From the NCBI GenBank assembly GCA_028717265.1, contig JAQUOE010000001.1, positions 16,963 through 80,962 of the forward strand: a DNA stretch of 64,000 nucleotides, read 5' to 3'. The notes under the pieces were generated by a model, which was not told the origin of the DNA, did not search any database, and saw only the letters and a program-made list of their open reading frames with translations. Source of the stretch: Actinomycetota bacterium (GTDB lineage Bacteria; Actinomycetota; Humimicrobiia; Humimicrobiales; Humimicrobiaceae). The position numbers and the translations under genes were made by a program. Shown in pieces: positions 20,220 through 30,868 of the stretch. Position 1 is the first letter of the stretch, and each line of letters opens with the position of its first letter.

Positions 20220-20780
20220 ATGGAGTTTATTATTAAAAGTAAAAATATCGAGCTGGATGAAAAAATCCGGAATTATGCGGAAAGGAAGATCAAAGATAAA
20301 ATAGTTAAGATTTTGGATAAAGTAATAAAACTGGAAATAAAATTTACTTATGAGAAAAATCCCAGGATTAATTTAAATAATCTTGTTGAAGTAACTGTTT
20401 TTACGGCAGGTGCCGTTATAAGGGCAACTGATTCGGGAACCGATGCCTTCGAAGCAGTAGATAAAGTCAATAGCAAATTAGAGAGACAGGTGAAGAAATA
20501 CAGAGACAAGTTAATAGACAGGGGAAGGAAGAGCGGCAGCCAGAGTGATACCGGACTTATGGGGGAAGAACTCGAAGTTGTCGAAGACGAAATCGATGAA
20601 TCGATAGTAAAGACAAAAACTTTTATTTTAAAACCGGTACTGCCGGAAGAGGCAATATTGCAGATGGAGCTGCTTGGTCATGATTTTTTTGTTTTTATAA
20701 ATTCAGAGACAGGCAGAACTGCGGTGGTATACCTGAGAAAAGATAAAAAATATGGTTTGATAGAACCTACTCTACAATGA
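20220..20780 (+). CDS. hpf: ribosome hibernation promoting factor (long HPF/YvyD type)
   Basis: Has an N-terminal YfiA/RaiA fold (MEFIIKSKNIELDEKIRNYAERKI) and the C-terminal dimerisation extension. It sits immediately upstream of secA, as in B. subtilis. Confidence 0.8.
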   Translation: MEFIIKSKNIELDEKIRNYAERKIKDKIVKILDKVIKLEIKFTYEKNPRINLNNLVEVTVFTAGAVIRATDSGTDAFEAVDKVNSKLERQVKKYRDKLIDRGRKSGSQSDTGLMGEELEVVEDEIDESIVKTKTFILKPVLPEEAILQMELLGHDFFVFINSETGRTAVVYLRKDKKYGLIEPTLQ

Positions 20781-20805
20781 GATTAAAATGATGAAGGTGA
20801 AGTAA

Positions 20806-23373
20806 ATGTTAGGGAAAATTGGAAATATTCTTAAAGTCGGTCAGGGCAAGATAGTAAAACGATATGAAGAAAGTTTAAGCGCAATAAATAATCTTGAGAA
20901 AGAAATAAGCGCACTTACAGACGATCGGTTGGCTGCAAAGACAGAGGAATTCAAACAGAGGTATGAGAAGGGAGAAAAACTGGATCAACTGATGCCGGAA
21001 GCTTTTGCAGTAGTAAGAGAAGCAGCAAAAAGAACCATTGATATGCGCCATTTTGATGTCCAGATACAGGGCGGTATTGTTCTTTTTGAAGGGAAAATTG
21101 CAGAAATGAAAACAGGTGAAGGGAAAACCCTTGTAGCAACACTTCCTGTATATTTGAATTCCTTTACCGGAAAAAGTACGCATCTGGTGACGGTAAACGA
21201 GTATCTGGCAAAGAGAGATAGTGAATGGATGGGTGTTGTTTATAAATTTCTGGGGCTAAAAGTGGGCCTTATCCGGCATGAGACACCCAACCTGGAAAAG
21301 AAAGAACAATATCGCTCCGATGTAGTGTATGGTACCAATAATGAGTTCGGATTTGATTATTTAAGAGATAATATGGTGATGAGTAAAGAAAGTATGGTGC
21401 AGAATGGCCACCATTATGCCATTGTCGATGAAGTTGACAGTATTCTTATAGATGAAGCCAGGACCCCTCTTATTATTTCCGGAATTGCATATGGGACCAC
21501 TGAGATTTATAAAAAATTTGCGCAGATAGTACCGCAACTTGAGATAGATGAAGATTTCGAAATAGACGAAAAATTAAGGACAGCGGCGATTACGGAAATG
21601 GGTGTTGAGAAAGTAGAAGGGATAATGGGTATAGAAAACCTGTACGACCCCTCTAATTATTTATACATACATGCATTAAATCAATCTCTAAAAGCTTATC
21701 ATCTGTTCAAAAAAGATGTGGATTATATGTTAAAAGATGGCCAGATAATCATTGTTGACGAATTTACCGGAAGATTAATGCCGGGCAGAAGATACAGCGA
21801 AGGTCTTCATCAGGCTATAGAGGCCAAGGAAAGAGTGAAAATCAAGGATGAAAACCAGACGCTTGCTACAATCACTATTCAAAATTATTTTAGGATGTAT
21901 GAGAAACTGGCGGGAATGACCGGTACCGCACTAACTGAAGCAGAAGAGTTCAGACGTATTTATAATCTTCAAACTGTGGAGGTACCTACTAATAGACCAA
22001 TGATAAGGAAGGATCTTCCTGATTTGATTTATAAGACCGAAAATGCCAAATTCGATAAGGTAGTGGAAGACATAGCCGGCAGATATGAAAGAGGTCAGCC
22101 TGTGCTTGTGGGGACCATATCAATTGAAAAATCCGAAAAGTTGAGCGGTATGTTGAAAAGAAAAGGCGTACCCCATGAAGTCTTGAATGCAAAATATCAT
22201 GAAAAAGAAGCCGAGATCATAGCGAAAGCCGGACAAAAAAATTCAGTTACAATTGCAACAAATATGGCAGGAAGAGGTACCGATATAGTTCTTGGCGAGG
22301 GAGTTGTGGATCTTGGCGGTCTTCATGTGCTGGGGACTGAAAGGCATGAAAGCAGAAGAATCGATAATCAGCTAAGGGGAAGGGGCGGCCGTCAGGGAGA
22401 TATAGGGTCCAGCCAATTTTACCTCAGTACCGAAGATGATCTGTTAAGGCTTTTTGGGTCAGAAAGAATTTACAGGGTCATGGAAACATTTAATTTTCCA
22501 AATGATATACCGATACAGCACCCCATGATAAACAGGGCGATTGAAAACGCTCAGAGGCAGGTCGAAGCTAGAAATTTCGAAATAAGGAAGCATGTACTTG
22601 AATATGATGACGTTATGAACAAACAGAGGGAAATAATCTACGCCAGAAGAAAGAATATTCTGGAAGGGGAGAACTTAAAGCCTGCGGCTCTGGATATGAT
22701 AAAAGATGTAGCGGCAAAAGGTATTGATATTCATATAAATCCGGGAGATTACCCTGAGAATTGGGATCTTGACGCATTGTCCAATTATATGAATCCTATA
22801 TTTTCCACTGATATAGTAGCCGATGTCATAGAAAAGAAGAAAGCTGGTATAGATAAATTGAGCATAGGCGTTTTAAAGGAAAAATTGACAGAAAGAGCCT
22901 ACCGGATCTACGAGGAAAGAGAAAAAAATTATTCATCTCCTGTTATAAGGAGACTTGAAAAAATAGTGATGCTGAACGTTATCGATAATATGTGGAGAGG
23001 CCATCTGCTGGAAATGGATTACCTCAAGGAAGGTATAAGTCTCAGATCTATCGGTCAAATGGATCCTCTTGTCGAGTATAAACGCGAAGCATTTATTTTT
23101 TTTAAGGAACTCATAGAGGAAATAAAATTTGATACGGTAAGATTATTATTTAATGTAAAGATAGTCACCAGAGAAGAACAGGAAAAACAAAGCGAACATG
23201 ACAAACAAAATGTCGTAAGGGGGCAGCAAGTGACGAATATACAGGCCAGCGGTCCGGTGAAATCTACTGTCCAAACTTTAAATACGAGGACAGAGACTGT
23301 AAAAAAAATCGGAAGAAATGCTCCCTGTCCATGCGGAAGCGGGAAAAAGTATAAGAAATGCTGTGGTAAATAA
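20806..23373 (+). CDS. secA: preprotein translocase ATPase SecA
   Basis: 855 aa carrying DEAD-like motor motifs and a C-terminal zinc-binding [14 protein letters not shown]. Confidence 0.95.
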   Translation: MLGKIGNILKVGQGKIVKRYEESLSAINNLEKEISALTDDRLAAKTEEFKQRYEKGEKLDQLMPEAFAVVREAAKRTIDMRHFDVQIQGGIVLFEGKIAEMKTGEGKTLVATLPVYLNSFTGKSTHLVTVNEYLAKRDSEWMGVVYKFLGLKVGLIRHETPNLEKKEQYRSDVVYGTNNEFGFDYLRDNMVMSKESMVQNGHHYAIVDEVDSILIDEARTPLIISGIAYGTTEIYKKFAQIVPQLEIDEDFEIDEKLRTAAITEMGVEKVEGIMGIENLYDPSNYLYIHALNQSLKAYHLFKKDVDYMLKDGQIIIVDEFTGRLMPGRRYSEGLHQAIEAKERVKIKDENQTLATITIQNYFRMYEKLAGMTGTALTEAEEFRRIYNLQTVEVPTNRPMIRKDLPDLIYKTENAKFDKVVEDIAGRYERGQPVLVGTISIEKSEKLSGMLKRKGVPHEVLNAKYHEKEAEIIAKAGQKNSVTIATNMAGRGTDIVLGEGVVDLGGLHVLGTERHESRRIDNQLRGRGGRQGDIGSSQFYLSTEDDLLRLFGSERIYRVMETFNFPNDIPIQHPMINRAIENAQRQVEARNFEIRKHVLEYDDVMNKQREIIYARRKNILEGENLKPAALDMIKDVAAKGIDIHINPGDYPENWDLDALSNYMNPIFSTDIVADVIEKKKAGIDKLSIGVLKEKLTERAYRIYEEREKNYSSPVIRRLEKIVMLNVIDNMWRGHLLEMDYLKEGISLRSIGQMDPLVEYKREAFIFFKELIEEIKFDTVRLLFNVKIVTREEQEKQSEHDKQNVVRGQQVTNIQASGPVKSTVQTLNTRTETVKKIGRNAPCPCGSGKKYKKCCGK

Positions 23374-23405
23374 CTTTAATATGAATAATAAACCTGGAGG
23401 ATTCT

Positions 23406-24510
23406 ATGTTAGAGGATTATGATACGAAATTGGATAAATTACTGAAAAAACTCGTTTTTTTAAGGGACTGTCTTTGAAATAGATAATAAAATAAAGAGTC
23501 TTAAGGACCTTGAGAGCAGGGCTCTATCAGAAAAATTCTGGGAAGATCACGATAAAGCCCAGAAGATAATCCGGGAGATTTCGGAGCTTAAAGAAACAAT
23601 TGCTGATATTAAAAATTTAGAGGAAAAAGTAGAGGATAGCAGATTAGCATTGGAAATACTTAAAAGCGAGGAAGACGGAAGTCTTGAAAAAGAGCTGGCA
23701 GAAAATCTTACCGACATAGAGGGTTCACTTAATGGTCTGGAAGAAAAAGTAATTTTAAGCGGCAAATATGACTCCTATCCTTCGGTAATAAATATTCACC
23801 CCGGAGCGGGCGGGACAGAATCACAGGATTGGGCGGAGATGCTGTTCCGGATGTATACACGCTGGATCGATAAAAGAGGGTTTTCTTATATTGTCAATGA
23901 CTATCAGGCAGGTGAAGAGGCGGGTATAAAGAATATTACTTTTACAGTTACCGGGAGAAATGCATACGGACTTTTAAAATCGGAAAAAGGGATCCATAGA
24001 CTGGTAAGGATCTCACCCTTTGATTCTTCCAAAAGAAGGCATACTTCTTTTGCATCTGTTGACGTGATACCGTTTTTCGATAAAGATATAGATATAAAAA
24101 TTAATAAAGAAGATCTAAAAATCGAGACCTTCAAATCGAGCAGTGCAGGTGGCCAGCATGTAAATGTCACCGATTCAGCAGTGAGGATCACGCATCTTCC
24201 CACCAATATTGTGGTGCAGTGCCAGAATGAAAGATCACAGACGCTGAACAAGCAGACAGCCATACAGATTTTGAAATCAAAGCTTTTCGAGCTGGAGAGG
24301 AAGAAAAATATCGAAGAAATAGATAAAGTAAGAGGAGAAAAAAAAGAAATCGGATGGGGCAATCAAATAAGAAGTTATACTCTTCAACCTTACCAGCTGA
24401 TCAAGGACCACAGAACCGGAATCGAGATAGGAGATGTAGGTTCGGTACTGGATGGTAATATAGATATGCTTATCAGAGGTTTTCTTGAAAAAAAATTATA
24501 CAAAGCGTAA
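23406..24510 (+). CDS. prfB: peptide chain release factor 2, needing a programmed +1 frameshift at CTT TGA (23472-23477)
   Basis: Frame 0 reads MLEDYDTKLDKLLKKLVFLRDCL then TGA. The +1 frame continues as EIDNKIKSLKDLE... and carries the SPF and GGQ motifs. AAGGGA lies 5 nt upstream of the slip site. Confidence 0.85.
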
Positions 24511-24554
24511 ACTCTTGAGTATTAAAGTCAGGGAGTATAAAGAGAAAATAAGAA

Positions 24555-25241
24555 ATGAACATGATCGAATTCAAACAGGTCAGTAAAATATACGAAGACA
24601 ATACGGTCGCGCTTAAGAATATTAATCTGGAAATCAAGAAGGGAGAATTTCTGTTTCTGGTCGGCCCAAGCGGATCGGGTAAGTCCACTTTCATAAAATT
24701 ACTTATAAAAGAAATTGAAGAAACTGAGGGCAGTATATTCATAGCAGGAAGAAATATTTGCAATCTCAAGTCAAATAGAATTCCGCAGCTAAGGAGAAAT
24801 ATAGGATGTGTGTTCCAGGATTTCAAACTTCTGCCAAATAAAACCATATTTGAAAATGTAGCATTTACACTTGAGGTTATCGGCAAACCTGTTTACGAGA
24901 TAAAAATCCAGGTGCCCCAGGTTTTAAAACTTGTAGGCATTTTTAGTAAAATAAATTCTTATCCCCATCAATTATCCGGTGGTGAGCAGCAGAGAGTTTC
25001 TATTGCAAGGGCATTTGTAAACAGGCCTCCGATACTTCTTGCCGATGAACCCACTGGCAATCTGGATCCGGGAACGTCGGAAGGAATCATGAAGATATTA
25101 TCACGTATAAATCTTATCGGTACCACTGTCCTTATGGCCACACATGACCGGAATATCGTAAACTCAATGCGAAGAAGAGTAGTGGAACTGGAGGAAGGAG
25201 AAATAATCAGGGATCAGAAGAGAGGAGTATACGGAGACTGA
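24555..25241 (+). CDS. ftsE: cell division ATP-binding protein FtsE
   Basis: Carries Walker A GPSGSGKST, the ABC signature LSGGEQQRV and Walker B ILLADEPTGNLD. Confidence 0.85.
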   Translation: MNMIEFKQVSKIYEDNTVALKNINLEIKKGEFLFLVGPSGSGKSTFIKLLIKEIEETEGSIFIAGRNICNLKSNRIPQLRRNIGCVFQDFKLLPNKTIFENVAFTLEVIGKPVYEIKIQVPQVLKLVGIFSKINSYPHQLSGGEQQRVSIARAFVNRPPILLADEPTGNLDPGTSEGIMKILSRINLIGTTVLMATHDRNIVNSMRRRVVELEEGEIIRDQKRGVYGD

Positions 25242-26149
25242 TGGTAAGGCCCAGATATTTTTTTAGTGAAACATTTATCAGCCTCAGAAGAAACTTTTTT
25301 ATGGGATTTACTGCTATTACCACTGTGGCCATTACTCTGTTTGTCGTCGGGTTTTTTACAATAATCGTATACGATATACAGGGTATTATAAGTTCGGTAG
25401 AAAGTGAAGTCGAGTTGGCCGTATATCTTGAGGATGAAATCTCGGAGGAGCTAAAGGACTATATAGAAAAGGAAGTATTAAGCTGGGAAGAGACTGATTC
25501 CGTAAATTATGTATCCAAAGACCAGGCACTTGAGAGATTCAGGGAGCAGAATGAAGGGAGCGATATTTTAAAAGAAATAGAAGGCAATCCGCTGCCGGCA
25601 TCTTTTGAAATAACATTAAGCAGCCCAGAAAAAATCGATCAGGTAGCGCTGCGTTTTTATGATAAAGATGGAAACTATATAGAAGGTGTCAATGATGTAA
25701 TATATGGCAAGAATTATGTAAATAAATTGTTTTCCATAACGGCAATCGTAGGAACCATAGCGCTTCTAATAATAATAGTGCTGCTTCTGGCAGCTATTGT
25801 ATTGATATTCAACACGATAAGACTGTCTATCTATGCCCGCCGGAAAGAGATCGAGGTGATGAAACTGGTTGGGGCCACTAACTGGTTCGTAAGGGTTCCT
25901 TTTTTATTCGAAGGATTTTTTGAAGGATTTGTAGGCAGCGTCATTTCAATTATCCTGCTATATTTCGTAGGTAATTTTCTGTTGATCAGAGGCGAGAGGG
26001 TGATCGTGGACACGATGCGCATAAAAGAGCTGGCCATAGTCGGAAGCAGCGGTGTCGTATTGTATGTGTATATAGGTGTAGCGGTGCTGGGAGGTCTTAT
26101 AGGGATTTTAAGCAGTGCCATCGCCCTTAGAAGGTATGTAAAGATATAA
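25241..26149 (+). CDS. ftsX: cell division permease FtsX
   Basis: It follows ftsE with a 1-nt overlap. It has four TM segments and a periplasmic loop, typical FtsX topology. Confidence 0.8.
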   Translation: MVRPRYFFSETFISLRRNFFMGFTAITTVAITLFVVGFFTIIVYDIQGIISSVESEVELAVYLEDEISEELKDYIEKEVLSWEETDSVNYVSKDQALERFREQNEGSDILKEIEGNPLPASFEITLSSPEKIDQVALRFYDKDGNYIEGVNDVIYGKNYVNKLFSITAIVGTIALLIIIVLLLAAIVLIFNTIRLSIYARRKEIEVMKLVGATNWFVRVPFLFEGFFEGFVGSVISIILLYFVGNFLLIRGERVIVDTMRIKELAIVGSSGVVLYVYIGVAVLGGLIGILSSAIALRRYVKI

Positions 26150-26225
26150 AAAACACACTTAAATCTTTTGAATTTTCAATTTCTCTTGATTAGTATTAAA
26201 ATATTTCCTGAAAAAATGAAATAAT

Positions 26226-27407
26226 ATGAAGCTTAAAAGTAAAAACATCATAGCCATAATTGTAACAATTATTATAGCACTCTCCGGCTTTAATATTGTT
26301 TATGCTGCATCCCCTAAATCTATTCAGGCTCAATCCTACGAGGAAAAATTGGAGCAGATACAAAAGGATAGAGAAGCGACCCAGGAAAAAATCAAAGACG
26401 TAAAAAAACAGGAACAGGAATATATTAACCAGGTAAATGAAGTAGAAACTCAGCTGACGGATGCACTATCGGAATTGAATGCTCTTAATCAAAGACTGGC
26501 TGATGCAAAAAGCGAAGTAGATAAGGCGACCATAGAGCTTGTTTTAAAAGAAGAAGAACTCAAAAAGATAGAAGATGAACTTGAAGGAAAAGTAAAAATA
26601 TTGAATGACAGGGTCACCGCAATCTATAAAAATGGCGGCAGCAATATAATGGAAATCTTGCTCAAAGCACAGGATTTCCTGGATTTCATATCCAAGCTGA
26701 AGCTCATGAATCTTTTTGCGGAACAGGATACCGAAAATATTCAATCAATCAAACAGAAAAGAGATGCAACCATAGGGATAAAAAAATCCATAATCGATTT
26801 AAGAGAAGAACAAAAGGAATATAAATCGAAAGTTGAAAAACTGGTCGCTCAGGCTGAGGAGAAAGCCAGTGAGATAAATGGAATATATGATGAAAAGCAA
26901 GATTTGCTTCATAAAGCTACTGCCAATAAAAATGCTCTTATACAGATGGATAAGCAGCTCGAGATACAGGAAGCCGAGGTTACAAGAATACTCGAGAGCT
27001 ACAAGTACGGGTCCGCTCCTTCGGGAAAATTCGCATGGCCCGTGGCCGGCAGAGTGACGTCCGGTTTCGGAACGAGATACCATCCCATACTTGGTTACAA
27101 CAGGTTTCATTCAGGAATAGACATCGCAGCTTCCTATGGGACCCTGGTAAAAGCAGCGGATGGGGGTCAGGTGGTACAGGCTGCCTATTCCAGCGGATAT
27201 GGTTATTATATTATACTTTATCATGGAGGAGGTTTTGCTACCTATTATGCGCATCTTTCCAGCTTCAATGTTTCTGCGGGTCAAATGGTACAGAGGGGAC
27301 AGGTGATAGGACTGGTTGGTTCCACTGGATTAGCCACAGGACCGCATTTGCACTTCGAGGTCAGGATAAACGGGACTCCTCAGAATCCATATGCTTATTT
27401 ACAATAA
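26226..27407 (+). CDS. coiled-coil M23/LytM-family peptidase (EnvC-like, possible FtsEX-coupled activator)
   Basis: Has a signal peptide, a long coiled coil, and a C-terminal M23 domain with HSGIDIAAS...HLHFEV. It lies directly after ftsEX. Confidence 0.75.
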   Translation: MKLKSKNIIAIIVTIIIALSGFNIVYAASPKSIQAQSYEEKLEQIQKDREATQEKIKDVKKQEQEYINQVNEVETQLTDALSELNALNQRLADAKSEVDKATIELVLKEEELKKIEDELEGKVKILNDRVTAIYKNGGSNIMEILLKAQDFLDFISKLKLMNLFAEQDTENIQSIKQKRDATIGIKKSIIDLREEQKEYKSKVEKLVAQAEEKASEINGIYDEKQDLLHKATANKNALIQMDKQLEIQEAEVTRILESYKYGSAPSGKFAWPVAGRVTSGFGTRYHPILGYNRFHSGIDIAASYGTLVKAADGGQVVQAAYSSGYGYYIILYHGGGFATYYAHLSSFNVSAGQMVQRGQVIGLVGSTGLATGPHLHFEVRINGTPQNPYAYLQ

Positions 27408-27448
27408 TAATTTAAATACTTAATGTTAACGGACAGGATGATAATGTT

Positions 27449-28660
27449 ATGAAAAAGAATATCTTGATAGCGGTAATCTCGGTTATTGTTATTATTTTTG
27501 TTTTCTCCACCGGACTATGGGTAGGAATCAATTTTGATTCTCTTAAGGGAGATTTATTAAATACTGACCGAAGTGATACTTCAGCAGTTGATGATACATT
27601 CAATTTAGATGCTTTTAAAGAAGTATGGAAGCTTATTTCCGCTAATTCACTGGTAGAAAAAAGCAACAGGGCAATAGTCGAAGCAGGCCTGGAGGGTATG
27701 CTTTCGGTTCTTGATGATAGATATGCAGAATATTTCACAGCTGAAGAATATAGCAAGATAATGGAAGCCTACAGCGGCACTACAAGCGGCATAGGAGTCG
27801 TGGTAACGCTTAATGAAGAAGGGCAGGTTCTGGTAATAAGAATACTTGAGGATGCACCTGCTTATGGAGCGGGCATCATGGAAGGAGATATTATAGTCGA
27901 AGTAGATGATATAGAAATAAAAGATATGGAACTTGAAAATGTAGTGGCTATGATTAAAGGTAAAGAAGGAACCGGAGTAAGTTTGAAGATCTTCAGACCT
28001 TCCGAGGACAAAATATTGGAAACCGATGTCACCAGAGCGAGATTTTATATTCCCAATCTGATTTCCGATATTTTTGAAGGAGACATAGGCTATGTATGGT
28101 ATTACGACTTCCAGGTCAATGGGGCCACACAGCTTGATAAAGAGATTCAAAAACTGATTGATGATGGTGCCAGTGGTCTGATACTGGACCTTCGAAATAA
28201 TCCCGGCGGTACATGGGATGATGCAATCGAGGTTTGTGATTTATTTATAAACGAAGGCATAATTTCAACTATTGAGGGAAGAAACGATAATAAAGTAAGG
28301 ACCGACGAGTTTGTAGCAAGAGAAGGAAAATATACCGAGATTCCACTGGTAGTATTGATAAACAGCTTTTCAGCGAGTGCTTCCGAACTTGTTGCGGGTG
28401 CATTAAAAGATAGTGGCAGAGCCACTCTGGTTGGAGAGACAAGCTATGGCAAGGGTGTCATTCAGGGACTTTATGAGCTTTCGGACGGCTCGGGAATCAA
28501 ATTTACGACTGCAAAATATTTTTTACCTTCAGGAGCATCCGTGGAAGGGGTAGGGGTAAAACCTGATATAATGATCGAGCTAAAAGAGGATGACACCGAA
28601 GATGTTCAATTAGCCAGAGCTATCGAGGAACTTAATATTCTTATAAGTGAGATTGAATGA
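27449..28660 (+). CDS. ctpA: carboxy-terminal processing peptidase (S41)
   Basis: Has an N-terminal TM, a PDZ region and the S41 catalytic region (INSFSASASELVAGAL with Ser, ...GKGV...). 403 aa. Confidence 0.8.
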   Translation: MKKNILIAVISVIVIIFVFSTGLWVGINFDSLKGDLLNTDRSDTSAVDDTFNLDAFKEVWKLISANSLVEKSNRAIVEAGLEGMLSVLDDRYAEYFTAEEYSKIMEAYSGTTSGIGVVVTLNEEGQVLVIRILEDAPAYGAGIMEGDIIVEVDDIEIKDMELENVVAMIKGKEGTGVSLKIFRPSEDKILETDVTRARFYIPNLISDIFEGDIGYVWYYDFQVNGATQLDKEIQKLIDDGASGLILDLRNNPGGTWDDAIEVCDLFINEGIISTIEGRNDNKVRTDEFVAREGKYTEIPLVVLINSFSASASELVAGALKDSGRATLVGETSYGKGVIQGLYELSDGSGIKFTTAKYFLPSGASVEGVGVKPDIMIELKEDDTEDVQLARAIEELNILISEIE

Positions 28661-29139
28661 AAAAACCAAAAAAGAAAAATAGTTACGAAGAGAATAAAAT
28701 GATAATAGCCCTGAATAAAAAAGCATTCAGGGATTTTTTTATTTTAAACACGTATGAGGCGGGAATAGCACTGGAAGGCTGCGAAGTCAAGTCTATACGT
28801 GATCACAGAGTGAACCTGAGGGATAGTTACAGCAGAATAAGGGACAGTCAGCTATTTCTTTACAATATGCATATATCTCCATACAGTAAAAGCAGAATCG
28901 GGGATATAAATCCCACCAGGACCAGAAGACTTCTTATGCACCGGAGGGAGATCGATAAAATAGAAGGTAAGTTGACTGACAGGAGCCTGACCCTTGTTCC
29001 CTTAAGAGTATATATGATCAAAAACAGGGTCAAGATCGAACTGGCACTGGTTAAAGGCAAAGCCGGAAGAGATAAGCGGCAGGATATTCAGGAAAGAGAA
29101 CATAAGATCGAAATGAAGAGGGCTTTGAAAAAATATTGA
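28657..29139 (+). CDS. smpB: SsrA-binding protein
   Basis: Contains IALNKKAFRDFFILNTYEAGIALEGCEVKSIR, the SmpB signature. The start is either ATG at 28657, overlapping the ctpA stop, or the ATG at 28696-28699. Confidence 0.85.
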   Translation: MKKPKKKNSYEENKMIIALNKKAFRDFFILNTYEAGIALEGCEVKSIRDHRVNLRDSYSRIRDSQLFLYNMHISPYSKSRIGDINPTRTRRLLMHRREIDKIEGKLTDRSLTLVPLRVYMIKNRVKIELALVKGKAGRDKRQDIQEREHKIEMKRALKKY

Positions 29140-29196
29140 TTTTGATGTAAAATAACCTCCGCACTTAATCCGGAGTTAATTCCCACGCTAAAATAA

Positions 29197-29549
29197 GGGG
29201 GCGACCTGGATTCGACGGGGACAGGTTGAGCTTAAATTGCAAGCCGAGTATCAGAACTCGTAAATAACTGAAAATAAACATAAAAGCTAATAATAATAAA
29301 TTAGCATTAGCAGCCTAATTTAAGCTGCTACGTCTGTGAAAGGTTTCCTGCGCTTTTCAACAGGCGCCGGTTAGCAGGATACTCCGGTATGATATGTCTG
29401 CGGTAGTACCGGAGGAAATTTAAAGCGGGCTGGCTTTTTTGATCGTGTCCATGCGAGCAAAAAAGTGAGACTTAAAATGTGGAATAAGCTTGTAGGCGTT
29501 TAAGTGTCAATGTCTTCGGACGCGGGTTCGATTCCCGCCGCCTCCACCA
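29197..29549 (+). ncRNA. ssrA: tmRNA (SsrA)
   Basis: It lies directly downstream of smpB. The 5' GGGGGCGACCTGGATTCGACGGGG pairs with the 3' ...GGACGCGGGTTCGATTCCCGCCGCCTCCACCA, giving a tRNA-Ala-like acceptor, T-arm and CCA. The internal tag ORF is GCT AAT AAT AAT AAA TTA GCA TTA GCA GCC TAA, encoding ANNNKLALAA. Confidence 0.85.
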
Positions 29550-29632
29550 TATAATAACTATAAATTTTATGTCCATATAAAAGAGAACTACAAAATCATT
29601 TAATGCCTGCTATATCTTAACAAGAAAATAAT

Positions 29633-29657
29633 GTATTCTTTGTAATACAAAGAATAC
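29633..29657. promoter_or_regulatory. perfect 25-bp palindrome (GTATTCTTTGTA A TACAAAGAATAC), probably an operator
   Basis: Two 12-bp inverted-repeat arms, 12/12 matching, sit 6 nt before the AAAGGAG Shine-Dalgarno of the RHH gene. Confidence 0.45.
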
Positions 29658-29670
29658 AAAGGAGTTTAAT

Positions 29671-29889
29671 ATGTCTAAGATCATTGCCATAAGGTCGCCT
29701 GAAGAAGTATCGGAAAAACTGGACGATTTATCCCTTGAGATTAGAAGAAAAAAAAGTTCTATAATAAAGTCTGCATTGGAACAGTATTTGGATGAATATA
29801 CAGATTATCAGATTGCTCTGGATAGGTTAAAGGATAAACAGGATAAAATAATAATTTCAGAAGATCTAAAGAAAGAGCCTGGAATATAA
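29671..29889 (+). CDS. ribbon-helix-helix antitoxin-like protein (RelB/DinJ/ParD-type) with no cognate toxin gene
   Basis: Shows the RHH pattern IAIRSPEEVSEKLDDLSLEIRRKKSSIIKSALEQYL and a C-terminal tail ending ...DLKKEPGI, like toxin-binding antitoxin tails. The next gene, 16 nt downstream, is an alpha/beta hydrolase. Confidence 0.5.
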   Translation: MSKIIAIRSPEEVSEKLDDLSLEIRRKKSSIIKSALEQYLDEYTDYQIALDRLKDKQDKIIISEDLKKEPGI

Positions 29890-29904
29890 TATCGTATATA
29901 TAAA

Positions 29905-30714
29905 TTGAACTTCATTATGAATAAAAAAAATCTAAGAAAATACGGAAAACCTCCTTTTAGTATCGCACTATTACATGGCGGACCAGGAGCACCAGGTGAA
30001 ATGGCTCCGGTGGCGAGAGAATTATCCTCGTATTGGGGTGTCCTGGAACCACTCCAAACAAAATCATCCATTGAAGAACAGGTTAATGAATTATATTACA
30101 TCCTTGCAAAAAATGGAGATCCGCCTGTCACTTTAATTGGCTGGTCCTGGGGAGCAATGCTCGGATTCATTTTTACTGCAAAATATCCTCGAATGGTGAA
30201 GAAACTCATACTTGTGGGAAGTGCTGTATTCGAGCAGAAATATGCAGAGAAGATTATGAAAACAAGGCTAAACCGCCTTGATAAGGAAGAAAGAATAGAA
30301 ATGCAGGATTTGATAGAAAACTTGAATAATCATTTAATCGAAGATAAAGAAAAGAATATTTTAATATCACGCTTTGGAAAACTTTTATTTAAATCCGATT
30401 CATATAATCCTTTGCCTTATAAGAATGAAATCCTGGAATATCGGTATCATATATACAGGTATGTATGGAAGGAAGTGGAGAACCTCAGATCCAGCGGGAA
30501 ATTATTAAAGATGGGAAAACAAATCAGTTGTCCGGTAGTGGCTATTCACGGTGATTATGACCCGCACCCCTTTCAGGGAGTCCTGAAACCTCTTTTGCGC
30601 ATCATAAAAAATTTCCACTTTATCATTCTGGAAAAATGCGGACACGAACCCTGGATTGAACGCATGGCGAAGGACAGGTTTTATGGCGCTATTAAAAAAG
30701 AATTAAAATTTTAG
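29905..30714 (+). CDS. alpha/beta-fold hydrolase
   Basis: Contains the nucleophile elbow IGWSWGAMLG (GxSxG) and a C-terminal His region (CGHEPW). Confidence 0.6.
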   Translation: MNFIMNKKNLRKYGKPPFSIALLHGGPGAPGEMAPVARELSSYWGVLEPLQTKSSIEEQVNELYYILAKNGDPPVTLIGWSWGAMLGFIFTAKYPRMVKKLILVGSAVFEQKYAEKIMKTRLNRLDKEERIEMQDLIENLNNHLIEDKEKNILISRFGKLLFKSDSYNPLPYKNEILEYRYHIYRYVWKEVENLRSSGKLLKMGKQISCPVVAIHGDYDPHPFQGVLKPLLRIIKNFHFIILEKCGHEPWIERMAKDRFYGAIKKELKF

Positions 30715-30868
30715 AAATTATCAGAAGAGAATTTATTACCCCGGGTGTTATATAACTCGATTTCCTATTAATATTTTAAACCTATCTGCTATAATATTAT
30801 GAATTTTGCTTTAGTTTTAAATATCATAGTCGGAAAATATCATAACCGGGAAAAAAGGTACAATTAAA

